From the NCBI GenBank assembly GCA_000146465.1, contig CP001943.1: a stretch of DNA of 64,000 nucleotides; one strand, given 5' to 3'. The notes beneath the pieces were generated by a model, which saw only the letters and a program-made list of their open reading frames with translations, was not told the origin of the DNA and searched no databases. Numbering within the stretch: the first letter of the stretch is position 1; every line of letters starts with the position of its first letter. Shown one piece after another: positions 37,910-47,626 of the stretch. The position numbers and the translations under genes were made by a program.

Positions 37910-38590
37910 ATGAGTTTTTCCAAGATCAAGCCGAAGTCTTACGAGGGAAAAATGGAAGAGTGGTTGTCTGCAATCAGCATGAAGGTTACTGACCTGAACA
38001 GTCTGGTTCTCGACTACCTGGTCCATGAGGGACTAGGGGATATTGCAGCAGAGTTTGCAAGAGATGTTGGATTGCCTTTTACTGCATCTTCATTTCTGAG
38101 CCATAGAACACGGATAAGAGATGCAATTGAAGAGGGAGATATCAAGAAAGCCATATCGAGGATAAACGATCTGAACACGGAGATAATTGATGGGAATATT
38201 GAGCTGTACTATTTCCTTATGGAACAGAAGGCATGCGAACAAGCACAAGCGATAAGAAGCGAAGGAGAAAGCACAGAGGAGCAGAAGGTGTTTATTCTCC
38301 TTGAAGAAGTTCTTGAGTTTATACGTTCTGAGCTGTCGCCGATTGTTGAGGAAAACCCAGCCTTGGGGCCGCACTTTGAGGACCTCCTTGAGTTTGTTGT
38401 GTTCAACTCTCGGAAAGAGGCTGTGGTGGAGAGGAGGAGGAGGTTGGCAGAGTATATCAACAGGAATATACTGGAGAAGTACGAAGTAACGGAAAACGAG
38501 CTAAAGAAAGTTCTTGACGGAATTGTAAAGGGCGAAAGATTGCTGACGGAGAAGTACAAGTTCCCCACATTCAACGAGTCATTTATATGA
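37910..38590 (+). CDS. GID8: Gid8/TWA1-like LisH-CTLH-CRA protein (CTLH/GID E3 ligase core)
   Basis: LisH (LNSLVLDYLVHEGLGDIAAEFARDVGL), then CTLH (…RTRIRDAIEEGDIKKAISRINDLNTEIIDGNIELYYFLMEQK…), then a CRA-like C-terminus. Confidence 0.7.
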   Translation: MSFSKIKPKSYEGKMEEWLSAISMKVTDLNSLVLDYLVHEGLGDIAAEFARDVGLPFTASSFLSHRTRIRDAIEEGDIKKAISRINDLNTEIIDGNIELYYFLMEQKACEQAQAIRSEGESTEEQKVFILLEEVLEFIRSELSPIVEENPALGPHFEDLLEFVVFNSRKEAVVERRRRLAEYINRNILEKYEVTENELKKVLDGIVKGERLLTEKYKFPTFNESFI

Positions 38591-38930
38591 CAAGAGCAAA
38601 AGAGACAAAAATAAAACATTACAATAAAAGACTAGTCGGAACACAGCAAAGCCTTGTTCCAAAGGGAACATCTGTCATCAATGAGATGAAGAAACATCTC
38701 GGCTTCCATTTGGCTTGCTGCCACAACTCGTCATTCTAGCCTCGTGGGAATGCAATTGCTGCATTGTGACGTTTCTGGTTAACTAAACAAATGATTCTGA
38801 ATAGTATCCTCGACGCAAGGGCATAAGGCTCCTCGGAATTTATCTACCATTCAAAACGTTTTTCTACGTTCAGGAGGCAGAATTGCTTCTTCTGCAGTAA
38901 CTCCTTAAAAGCGAAAAGAACACCCAGAGC

Positions 38931-39152
38931 ATGGGTGGGGAACCGAAAAGTATATTGCCTCTTGAGAAGATATATGCCTTTTTGTCGAGGGCTGCCGATG
39001 TAGAGATATGGGAGAAGGACATCGGAGTTCGGCACAAAGGAAGAATCGTTGGTTTTGACGAGTACATGAACATTGTGATGGATAGTGGGGCAAAAAGATA
39101 CTTGCTGAAGGGAGACTGCATATCTGTGGTGTTTGGAAAGGACATAGACTAG
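38931..39152 (+). CDS. SME1: Sm core protein SmE
   Basis: Sm1/Sm2 motifs …GRIVGFDEYMNIVMDSGAK…YLLKGDCISVV match SmE (IGFDEYMNLVLDDAEE…LKGDNITL). The ATG is preceded by AAAAGCGAAAAGAACACCCAGAGC. Confidence 0.8.
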   Translation: MGGEPKSILPLEKIYAFLSRAADVEIWEKDIGVRHKGRIVGFDEYMNIVMDSGAKRYLLKGDCISVVFGKDID

Positions 39153-39385
39153 GATAAAATGTAAGCTGGCCGCAATGGGCCAGGTATTGTTCTACTTCTC
39201 GGGAACGAATAGTGCAAAGAGTTGCACCACCAGTAAAGAGAAGTGGGGGTGGGAGCAAAAATATTTCTTAAACCTTTCTGGAGATCTAGAACAGGGGTGC
39301 ACGAGCAGAGAGTCCCTGTGGAAATACTGGCAGGTCTTAAGGACAGGCCAAGGAATAATAAAAAAAGTTTTGTCTCTGAGGGCTA

Positions 39386-40903
39386 ATGTTTGTTTTACAC
39401 CTTGTGGTTACTCTGTGTTCATCTCTGGAAAGAGCTCTGCTAGAGGAAGGAGATATAGAGCATGCAACCCGCCTCTGCGGAACAAGGGAGGGCCCACTGG
39501 ACTATTTCTATAGCTACTTTGTCAAGAAGGTGTTTATGGGGAAGGAGAAGGAAGCCCTTCTTGACATTGTGGAGTCCGACAACTATGGAGATGCCCGAAA
39601 CATTGTTCTAGGGATAATGTCCATGGAGTCTGGAAAAACAAATGAAAAGGCAAAGCTTGCAGCCGATCTGCTTTGGAATGTGGCAACAAAAGTTTCCAGA
39701 AGGTACCTGAAGAACCCTCATGTATTTCTTGCCACAGAGCCTTTTGGGAAGCTTGAGAGAAACTTCTTGTCGAAAAAGGGAGTGGAAAACATTGTCACAA
39801 TGGTTTATTCGGGAGACGACATATCTGCAAGGCTTTTTCTATCGTTATTGGACAACCGCAAGATATACATTGGCGATTATGTCGATGTGATAGAGTTCCT
39901 TGCAAAAAACGATCATGCAAGAGCGTTTGGATATCTTGGGGAGATATATTATCATGGGATTCGGATGAAGAAGTCTTTGGACGAAGCCATGTACTTCTTC
40001 TCACGAGGGAGAGAGATGCAGGACACGGTGGGGGCCTGCGGTGTTGGAAAGGTACTTATGTCCGACGAGTACAGAGATTACAAGAACGCAAAGTCTGCAC
40101 TGTTGCTGGCAAACAAGCTTGGGCAGTCTGGAGAGGCCGAGTATCTGATGTATCTACTTATGAGTAGGAGGCCTGAGTACATGCACAAGGCCAGCTCACA
40201 CATGGACTCTGCCCTTATGTATGGATATCTTCCGGCTATATGCAGGGATGGAATGAACTACTACACAAGCGGACAGTATATGAATGCTTGCATTCGGTTC
40301 CACCCAATCATCGAGTACTCGGACATTGTATACAATCTGCGAAGAAGGGCAGAAGCCAGCTTTGTGTCTCGACGATACAGACAATGTGTGATTGCATTGC
40401 TCATGTGTGCAGAACTTGGATCTGTCTCCTCTATGAGAAATGCAGTATACGTCCTTCAAAGGCATTCGGTCTTCGAGAGGCAGAAGGAAATGCTCTTTGG
40501 GCTATACATGAGACTCCTTTCGAAAGAAGATAAGGATGCTATAAACAGGATAGGGGATGCCTATTTTTACGGAGAGGGGGTTGAGAAGTCGTACAACGAT
40601 GCATTCGCATTCTACATGTCTGCAGCTCTTACTGGAGATCCCGAGGGATACTACAATGTCAGTTATATGTATGAGCACGGGTATGGAATAAAAAAGAGCC
40701 TGTTGCTTGCCTTCAAGTACATTCTGAAGATCAGTCCCGGGGACGACACATATTTGCTCCTCTTGTACACACACATCAGACTCTTTTCCAAGTTTGTTAC
40801 CTATCTCCTGTTTAACAAGTACTCGATTTCTGTATGGATAGGAGCTCTGGTTGTAAGAAAGATGTACATATCCAAAAGGAGCACAAAGGATTTGAAGGAC
40901 TGA
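39386..40903 (+). CDS. Sel1-repeat protein, Hrd3/SEL1L-like (ERAD), with an N-terminal signal and a C-terminal TM
   Basis: Multiple Sel1 repeats (…GDAYFYGEGVEKSYNDAFAFYMSAALTGDPEGYYNVSYMYEHGYGIKKS…). Hydrophobic N-terminus MFVLHLVVTLCSSL. C-terminal TM WIGALVVRKMY. Confidence 0.7.
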   Translation: MFVLHLVVTLCSSLERALLEEGDIEHATRLCGTREGPLDYFYSYFVKKVFMGKEKEALLDIVESDNYGDARNIVLGIMSMESGKTNEKAKLAADLLWNVATKVSRRYLKNPHVFLATEPFGKLERNFLSKKGVENIVTMVYSGDDISARLFLSLLDNRKIYIGDYVDVIEFLAKNDHARAFGYLGEIYYHGIRMKKSLDEAMYFFSRGREMQDTVGACGVGKVLMSDEYRDYKNAKSALLLANKLGQSGEAEYLMYLLMSRRPEYMHKASSHMDSALMYGYLPAICRDGMNYYTSGQYMNACIRFHPIIEYSDIVYNLRRRAEASFVSRRYRQCVIALLMCAELGSVSSMRNAVYVLQRHSVFERQKEMLFGLYMRLLSKEDKDAINRIGDAYFYGEGVEKSYNDAFAFYMSAALTGDPEGYYNVSYMYEHGYGIKKSLLLAFKYILKISPGDDTYLLLLYTHIRLFSKFVTYLLFNKYSISVWIGALVVRKMYISKRSTKDLKD

Positions 40904-41073
40904 TATGTTTTACTAGTAATAAAATGTTAGAATTGTTTTGTGGTGGAGAAGGGAAGAGTAGACGACATTTGGCTGTCTATTGTCTGTTCTGGTTATCCCG
41001 GACAAAGGGTAGATCCAAATTATTTCGATTGCGTTTTCCATAAAGACTGGCACATTTAATAGAAGGGAAATAG

Positions 41074-41589
41074 CTAGTACCAGTAGATGTCGAATGGAAA
41101 GTCCTCATGGGTCTCTTGAGACTCCATTGTCTTTGGTGAATTCTTGAGGCATCTCTCTTCCAGAAAGCTAAGCTTTTTCTTTATCTTGATGTCTGTTGGG
41201 AAATCAATTCCTTTGTAAAGAATAGACACAGATGGAAGCAGGGTGTGATGGGAATGGATTTGAAGATATCCCACTATGTGAAAGCTTCTGTCTCCACATG
41301 TTGCAGAGTATGTTCTCTTCATCATTGGGCTGCTGCTTAAAAGCTGCTTGTACACTAGGAAAACGCCCTGAACTCTTGATGGAGTCCAGGACATGTCATC
41401 GGTCCATCTCTTGATTCTGCTCTCCTCCTCGCAATATACAAATATGCTTCCGTGTCCTATCTTCTTTCTCTCTCTCGACGTGAGTCTTCTCTGGATCCTA
41501 GGAATGAGGCCTCTCCTTGCAAGATCGATTAGAACAAGGCAGTCTGATTCGTTTTCAATTCTACCATGAAAGGATTCGATGTCTGCCAT
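41074..41589 (-). CDS. WOPR-domain (Gti1/Pac2/Wor1 family) regulator
   Basis: N-terminus DCLVLIDLARRGLIPRIQRRLTSRERKKIGHGSIFVYCEEESRIKRWTDDMSWTPSRVQGVFLVYK matches the WOPR box-1 consensus (…LPRV.RRL…ER..I.SG.VFV…SGIKRWTDG..WSPSRI.G.FLIY…). Confidence 0.65.
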   Translation of the reverse strand: MADIESFHGRIENESDCLVLIDLARRGLIPRIQRRLTSRERKKIGHGSIFVYCEEESRIKRWTDDMSWTPSRVQGVFLVYKQLLSSSPMMKRTYSATCGDRSFHIVGYLQIHSHHTLLPSVSILYKGIDFPTDIKIKKKLSFLEERCLKNSPKTMESQETHEDFPFDIYWY

Positions 41590-41687
41590 GGAGACACAAG
41601 CCCATGCTTTGATGAAGACATGGAGATAATCTTACTTAAAGGAATGGAGATGACCAGATGCAGGGGATTGGAAGGAGCAAAGAAAAA

Positions 41688-41758
41688 TGGAGTTGCCAGG
41701 AATCGAACCCGGGCCAACTGCGTGCAAAGCAGGTATCATCCCACTAGACCACAACCCC
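41688..41758 (-). tRNA. tRNA-Ala (anticodon TGC)
   Basis: Minus-strand cloverleaf: acceptor GGGGTTG/CAACTCC with the G3:U70 wobble (Ala identity element) and A73. D-arm GTCT-AGTGGGA-TGAT. Anticodon loop TT-TGC-AC. T-arm CCGGG-TTCGATT-CCTGG. A T5 terminator follows. The variable loop appears to be 4 nt, so tRNAscan-SE should confirm exact ends. Confidence 0.8.
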
Positions 41759-41837
41759 TCGCTTGGTCCCCCTTTCAAAAACACATCCCTCCATCCGCCC
41801 CCCTTCTAAAACCACGGATTCCCTCAACCCACATAGG

Positions 41838-42311
41838 ATGTCCAGGACACTCGCCCCCGACGAGCTGCACATCCACAAAACTATTGCATCGAAGGTGGAT
41901 TTGGAAGAGATGGAAAGTGTTGAAAGCGTGTCCGTCATTGCAATGAACATGAGGCATTCAATTGTGAGTCCGGCGGTGTACAAGATAAAAGGAACCGACT
42001 CTCTCCTTATATTTGGAAGCATAGGGAATTCAATCGATCTTCGTGAACTTCAGAAGATGTATGAAAACAGTGTTAAAAGTTCGGAGACAGAGGAGCATGC
42101 TGGCCTTTATAGCAGTATCGGTGACAATCTGCAGAAGGAGGATGAGCAAAAACCTGAGGAAGTACCCGTCGAGGTTGACAACGAGCGGTTGTCCGAAGAG
42201 GATATAAAACTAATAAGCCAACAAGTTAAGGCTTCGAGGAGCGAAATAATTAGGGCACTAGCCGAGTCTGATTATGATGTTGTCAATGCAATGATAAAGC
42301 TAACTAAATAA
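41838..42311 (+). CDS. EGD2: Nascent polypeptide-associated complex alpha subunit (NAC-alpha/Egd2) with a C-terminal UBA
   Basis: NAC domain (…VSPAVYKIKGTDSLLIFG…) and C-terminal UBA (EEDIKLISQQVKASRSEIIRALAESDYDVVNAMIKLT). Start set at ATG 41838. Confidence 0.75.
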   Translation: MSRTLAPDELHIHKTIASKVDLEEMESVESVSVIAMNMRHSIVSPAVYKIKGTDSLLIFGSIGNSIDLRELQKMYENSVKSSETEEHAGLYSSIGDNLQKEDEQKPEEVPVEVDNERLSEEDIKLISQQVKASRSEIIRALAESDYDVVNAMIKLTK

Positions 42312-42318
42312 AAGGACT

Positions 42319-43287
42319 TTATTCGATGGGTGTTCCCTCTATCTCTGGAACATATACACAATAGAAGTTTTCTTTCAGGGTATCATAGTAACCCCTTCTA
42401 ATCGGATCCAGACTTGCAATCCTTTCAATTATGGCAATTCTTTCTGCCTCCTCCTCGGTGTAATCCAGAAGCACCAGTAGCGCCTCGTAGCATTCAGGCT
42501 CTTCCTCAAGAATCTCACGCACAAATCTGAAGCTTTCCTCTTCAGGGATGAACCTCATCTCCTCTCCATTTATTACCACCTTCCATCTCTCCGAGGTCCT
42601 TATAGACTCGTCTATCACAACAATCCGGGTGTGAAGTTCAAAGGCCATCGTCTTCCTGGTTCCACCGCTTTCAAAAGAAAGCTCACCACAAAAAGGCTTA
42701 TCAAGTAGAATCTCCAGCCTATTCCTGAATCTCCTGATGTACATTCCATGTCTTATCCTTTTCCTCTCCCTCCATAGGTAGAAGTATTCCCAGGAGGTTG
42801 GATCCATAGGATCTGTGTAAATGATGGTAAGGGGATCCTCCGAGTCTGGGTGGTGATGGAGATAGGAGTAGTTAAACACATCTCTCCCAGTCTTGGTTTT
42901 GAGGAAGAACATCCTGTAGCTCCAACAATGGAAGTTCCTTGGATCCGAGTCAAGTAGAAGCTTTGTTAAGAAGTCTTCTCTGCCAAGATATTTTTCTCTT
43001 TGTTCTTTGAAGTTTTCCATCATAAACTTCCTATGGTACCAAGGCTGGTAGGACTTGGGATTTCCTTGGAGAGCGTTCTCACAGACCTTGAGCTGGCTTC
43101 GGAAGTCGGAGGGATTCAATAGAAGATAGTCCTTAAGCTTGTTCCAGGAGTAATAGTCATCTGCTACAACCTGGACAATTGCTTTGTGTTTTTCTATCGA
43201 CTCCTCCTGCAGCCTCAGGTTCAATAAACCCTCCAATGCCTCCTTATCCTCAATGTATTCCCCTTCCTCGATGTTGTGGATAATCAT
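42319..43287 (-). CDS. Protein prenyltransferase alpha subunit (PPTA repeats; RabGGT or FTase/GGTase-I alpha)
   Basis: Repeated PPTA motifs (YYSWNKLKDYL, SYQPWYHRKFMM, NFHCWSYRMF). Confidence 0.7.
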   Translation of the reverse strand: MIIHNIEEGEYIEDKEALEGLLNLRLQEESIEKHKAIVQVVADDYYSWNKLKDYLLLNPSDFRSQLKVCENALQGNPKSYQPWYHRKFMMENFKEQREKYLGREDFLTKLLLDSDPRNFHCWSYRMFFLKTKTGRDVFNYSYLHHHPDSEDPLTIIYTDPMDPTSWEYFYLWRERKRIRHGMYIRRFRNRLEILLDKPFCGELSFESGGTRKTMAFELHTRIVVIDESIRTSERWKVVINGEEMRFIPEEESFRFVREILEEEPECYEALLVLLDYTEEEAERIAIIERIASLDPIRRGYYDTLKENFYCVYVPEIEGTPIE

Positions 43288-43361
43288 TTAGGGCCCTGTT
43301 CCCAGTGGGAAATCCATTTGTCTGAAATGGTGTTGGGATTGAAGAAAGTACCCTTTCCAAG

Positions 43362-44840
43362 ATGGATAGAATCGAAAGATTTCTGGGGAGAAGGCCAGTG
43401 AAAGGCCGACGCAAAGTCCAGTCCCAAGGCAAGGAGTTCTTGATAACAAAAGAGGATGTGAAGCTCATAAGGAGCTACAAGAAGAACATCTGCATGGATC
43501 CAGATGTCGATCTGTACAGGCCGTTGAACTTAAGTTTCAGCAGAAAGACGATGAACGAAGGAATGGAAACAAGGAAGAAAGTGGTGGTACCGAGAGCCGG
43601 AGGAAGGCCAAAGAAGAAAGAAAGAAGCATCCGAAAAGAAGTTAAGAAAAGGGATAAGAACGAGATTGTGGACATTTGGGAGGAAGAGGGTCTTGAGGAG
43701 CTGAATAGTTATGAACAGGACATGGTTGTAAAAGTGGGGGATGCATACACAGGGGCTGTGGAGGCACTAAGATATGGAAGAGAAGATCTTGAAGGCAGCC
43801 TAAGAAGGATATACTTGAGGCTCTACGAGCCACGAGATGGAAAGAATTACAGGCTAAGAGATCTTATCAAGGAACTGCCTAAGACAGAGACCCTAAGGCC
43901 GTTTCCAGAGGAGATTGGATTGTCGTTTAAGTTTTCGAAGGCAATCCGTGTTGGAATCAGCCAAGATTTCAAGAAATTTGGAGTGGGAGAAGGAAGGAAG
44001 CTTGGGATTTACGAGTTTAAAAACTTTGTAAAGCTGAGACATATCCTCTTTGATTCGGAGATACGGAAGATAATGTTTGCAAGGAATGGGTCTATATGTA
44101 CGTTGCTAGCAGACAACACCATCTGTGTTGTGGACGATATTTATGGAGGAGATGCGGAGAGTTCCAAGGAATCTTTTATTTCCAAGGAATTTCCTGCGTG
44201 GAGCAGAAAGGAGGCAGAAGAGGGAGCAGAAAGGAATGCATTTGTGTGCACGGTGATAAATCCCGAGGGAAAGATAAATGATATAGAAGCCCATGAAGAT
44301 GGTAAGCATATTATTGCAGTTTGTGGAAAGAAGATTATGGTCTACAATCTCAAGGAACGGATAGGGCGGGAAGTTCTAAGGGTCCGGGGAGCCACGCCTT
44401 TGAAGGCCAAGTTCCATAGATCTTTGAGCACAATGATTGTTTCCACAACAAATTCGTTAATCATCTACGATCTTGTGTCCAAGGAAATAGTAAGGGAAGC
44501 CAAGGAGTTTTCGTTTGTCCTTGACTTCTTTAGTGTTGAGGAAAGTAAGGTGGCTGTGGTAAACAACACGAACAAAATAATTCTGTACGATTGGTTGAAA
44601 AACAATGTGCAAAGAACCATGCTTCAAGAGGATGTGGGGATGGAGGTGGTGCAGCATGGAAGACTCAATCTGATGTGTGTTGCATATCCCACGGAGATGG
44701 TTGTTTTCTACAACGACGTAACAAACGACCTGGTGGTTCCTGTAAAAAGGATTCCGGGAAGGTATAGAGATATTTCATTCCATCCGCATCTTCCCTGGCT
44801 GTATGGAGTCGGAGGAAATAGACTGGATGTGTTTACGTGA
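43362..44840 (+). CDS. WD40 protein with a basic N-terminus, possibly BOP1/Erb1-like (ribosome biogenesis)
   Basis: K/R-rich N-terminal region and C-terminal WD blades ending …HPHLPWLYGVGGNRLDVFT, similar to the Erb1 C-terminus. Assignment is tentative. The ATG is preceded by GTACCCTTTCCAAG. Confidence 0.45.
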   Translation: MDRIERFLGRRPVKGRRKVQSQGKEFLITKEDVKLIRSYKKNICMDPDVDLYRPLNLSFSRKTMNEGMETRKKVVVPRAGGRPKKKERSIRKEVKKRDKNEIVDIWEEEGLEELNSYEQDMVVKVGDAYTGAVEALRYGREDLEGSLRRIYLRLYEPRDGKNYRLRDLIKELPKTETLRPFPEEIGLSFKFSKAIRVGISQDFKKFGVGEGRKLGIYEFKNFVKLRHILFDSEIRKIMFARNGSICTLLADNTICVVDDIYGGDAESSKESFISKEFPAWSRKEAEEGAERNAFVCTVINPEGKINDIEAHEDGKHIIAVCGKKIMVYNLKERIGREVLRVRGATPLKAKFHRSLSTMIVSTTNSLIIYDLVSKEIVREAKEFSFVLDFFSVEESKVAVVNNTNKIILYDWLKNNVQRTMLQEDVGMEVVQHGRLNLMCVAYPTEMVVFYNDVTNDLVVPVKRIPGRYRDISFHPHLPWLYGVGGNRLDVFT

Positions 44841-44906
44841 GATCTTAGGTGGATGGGGTGTGGAAAGCCTAATTCAGCCAGATTGAATTATAAGTAAATT
44901 TTTTAA

Positions 44907-45380
<474 letters not shown>

Positions 45381-45481
45381 ATGAGTCTTTAATTTTATTA
45401 TGTTGCTTTGAATTTCCTTGGGAGTATAGGGATGGAAGATCTCTTGCCTGACGGAAATCTTTTGAAACGGCATACCCTACA

Positions 45482-47518
45482 ATGGCCCGAATTAAGATAA
45501 GCGGAGTTCCTATCGAGATGCCGTTTGAGCCGTATCCTGCACAGATAGTGACGATGACAAAGCTTATATCCTGTCTGACGACAGGAACAAGCGGACTGGT
45601 GGAGAGTCCGACAGGGACTGGAAAGAGCCTATCTATAATATGTGCAGTGCTGGGATATAGTGAATACTTGAAGAGAGGAGCCAAGAGCATCAATGTCAAG
45701 AGAAGAGAGGGGGGGAGTTTGAAAGGAGAAGAGGCAAAGGAGGAGAAGCTGAAGATAATTATATGCTCGCGCACACACAAACAACTTGACCAATTGATTG
45801 AACAGCTTAGGAAAACACATTACAGGCCAAGGATCTCGATCTTGGCAAGCAGGAGCCAGTATTGCATATCACCTAAGCTAGGGGATGTTACAGACAAGAA
45901 CACAGGGTGCAACGAGTTGGTGAAGAGCGGGAGTTGTGCTTACTTCACGGGAAAGGACAGGCTTGCAAAAAGGGTTGGAGACAGGATATTTGACATAGAG
46001 GAGTTGAAAGGGGAGGGCCGGAGATGTGGTGGATGTCCCTACTATGCATCGAGGATCTTGAATGAGGATGCAGAAGTCATATTTGCTCCATATAACTATC
46101 TGATTGATTCCAGAATAAGAGAAAACACAGGAATTAGCCTTGAAAACAGTGTGGTCATTGTTGATGAGGCACACAACATAGAGGATGTATGCCGATCGTC
46201 GGGCTCGATTGAACTTAGCTCGCGGACTATCGAGATAATCCAAAACGAGATTCTAGGGGCAATAAGGAGGAGCGGGATGCTAGGAGAGATCAAACTGGAC
46301 TTTGTCAACCTCATGGACTTCTTTAGGAAGCTTCGAGAGGGGGCAGAGAGCACAGACGGGTTTGACAGAACTACGTTTGGAGGGAAGCTCCGGATAAGGA
46401 AGGGGAAAGAGATAAAGGATGAGCTTGAGAAGATGGGAATAACTAAGGAGTTTGTTTTAAAGATCAAGAATTCAATATACGCAATCCAGAAGAATGAAGA
46501 TGCAAAGGACCTGCTGAACATGAGTACATTCCATGTACTGGAAGGTCTTGACTCTGTCTTGTCTGCAATTCATTTCAGCGGATGCGATGCGTATTCGTTT
46601 GTGTTCCAGAAGACGAACGACGAAAACATAAGAAACTCGAGGTTATCCAAGTTTTCCTACAACTTCTGGCTACTGGATGCGGGTTATACATTCCGATCGT
46701 TTGTTGGGAAGGTGCGGTCGATTGTACTTCTGTCTGGAACCTTGACACCTTTTTCTTCGTTTTCATCGGAGTTGGGGCATGACTTTACTCATTCGATTGT
46801 TGCACCTCATCTAGTTACGGAAAAACAAGTATTTGCTTCGTGTGTTCGGAAAGGACATCTGCTGAAGGACCTGACTGGAACCTATGGGGTTTCGGACACA
46901 CCCCAATATCTGGACCAACTTTCTAGAATCATAGTGGATGTGTCGAACAAGGTCAAGAGCCATGGGGGAACATTGGTGTTTGTACCGAGCTATAGCTTCT
47001 TGGAGAATCTGCAGAAGAGAATGGGAGGAGAGAGTTCGGGGTTGTTGATTGAACCAAAAAGCGGGGGAGGAAATGAGTTTGAAAAGGTGATGAAAAGATA
47101 TAAGAACAGAATAGCAACAAAGCAGAGGGCAATATTCATGTGTGTCTACCGTGGGAAGGCGAGTGAAGGAATCGACTTCAAGGATTCCTTTGCAAGGGCT
47201 GTTATTGCTGTTGGAATTCCCTATCCAAGCCTACATGATCCGCAGGTAGAACTTAAGAAGGAGTTTAACGACAGATACAAAAGCTTCAATGGACGGCTCT
47301 GGTACGAGGCACAGGCGTTTCGAGCAGTGAATCAAGCACTTGGACGAGCAATCCGTCACAAAGACGATTGGGGGATTGTGATGCTCCTTGACAGCAGATA
47401 TTCGGAGAAGAGAGTACAGACTCACCTGTCCAAGTGGGTTACAGACAACATCAGGGTTCATGACTCGTATGACACCTGTGCCTCTGAGCTCTCTGGATTT
47501 CTGTCTTTGATTAAATAG
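45482..47518 (+). CDS. Rad3/XPD-family Fe-S DNA helicase, RTEL1-like
   Basis: N-terminus [21 protein letters not shown]…[21 protein letters not shown] parallels RTEL1 [21 protein letters not shown]…[21 protein letters not shown]. Four Cys for the Fe-S cluster (C…C…C…C), a DEAH box ([10 protein letters not shown]) and C-terminal helicase motifs are present. 678 aa. Confidence 0.75.
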   Translation: [678 protein letters not shown]

Positions 47519-47626
47519 AAGGGACTTAAAATAAAATTGTGAAAGCAATGCTTCAACGTTTTTCTAGATTTTTCCGGCTGTTTCGAGGAAAACGAAAATA
47601 TTTAACGGGAAATTCCCTAGCAATTA

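Noticed and set aside
41566-42022. ORFs 41566..41946 (+), 41744..42022 (-) and 41775..41957 (-)
   Set aside because: They span the tRNA-Ala gene and the NAC-alpha 5' region in other frames. Pro/Cys-rich junk with no motif support.
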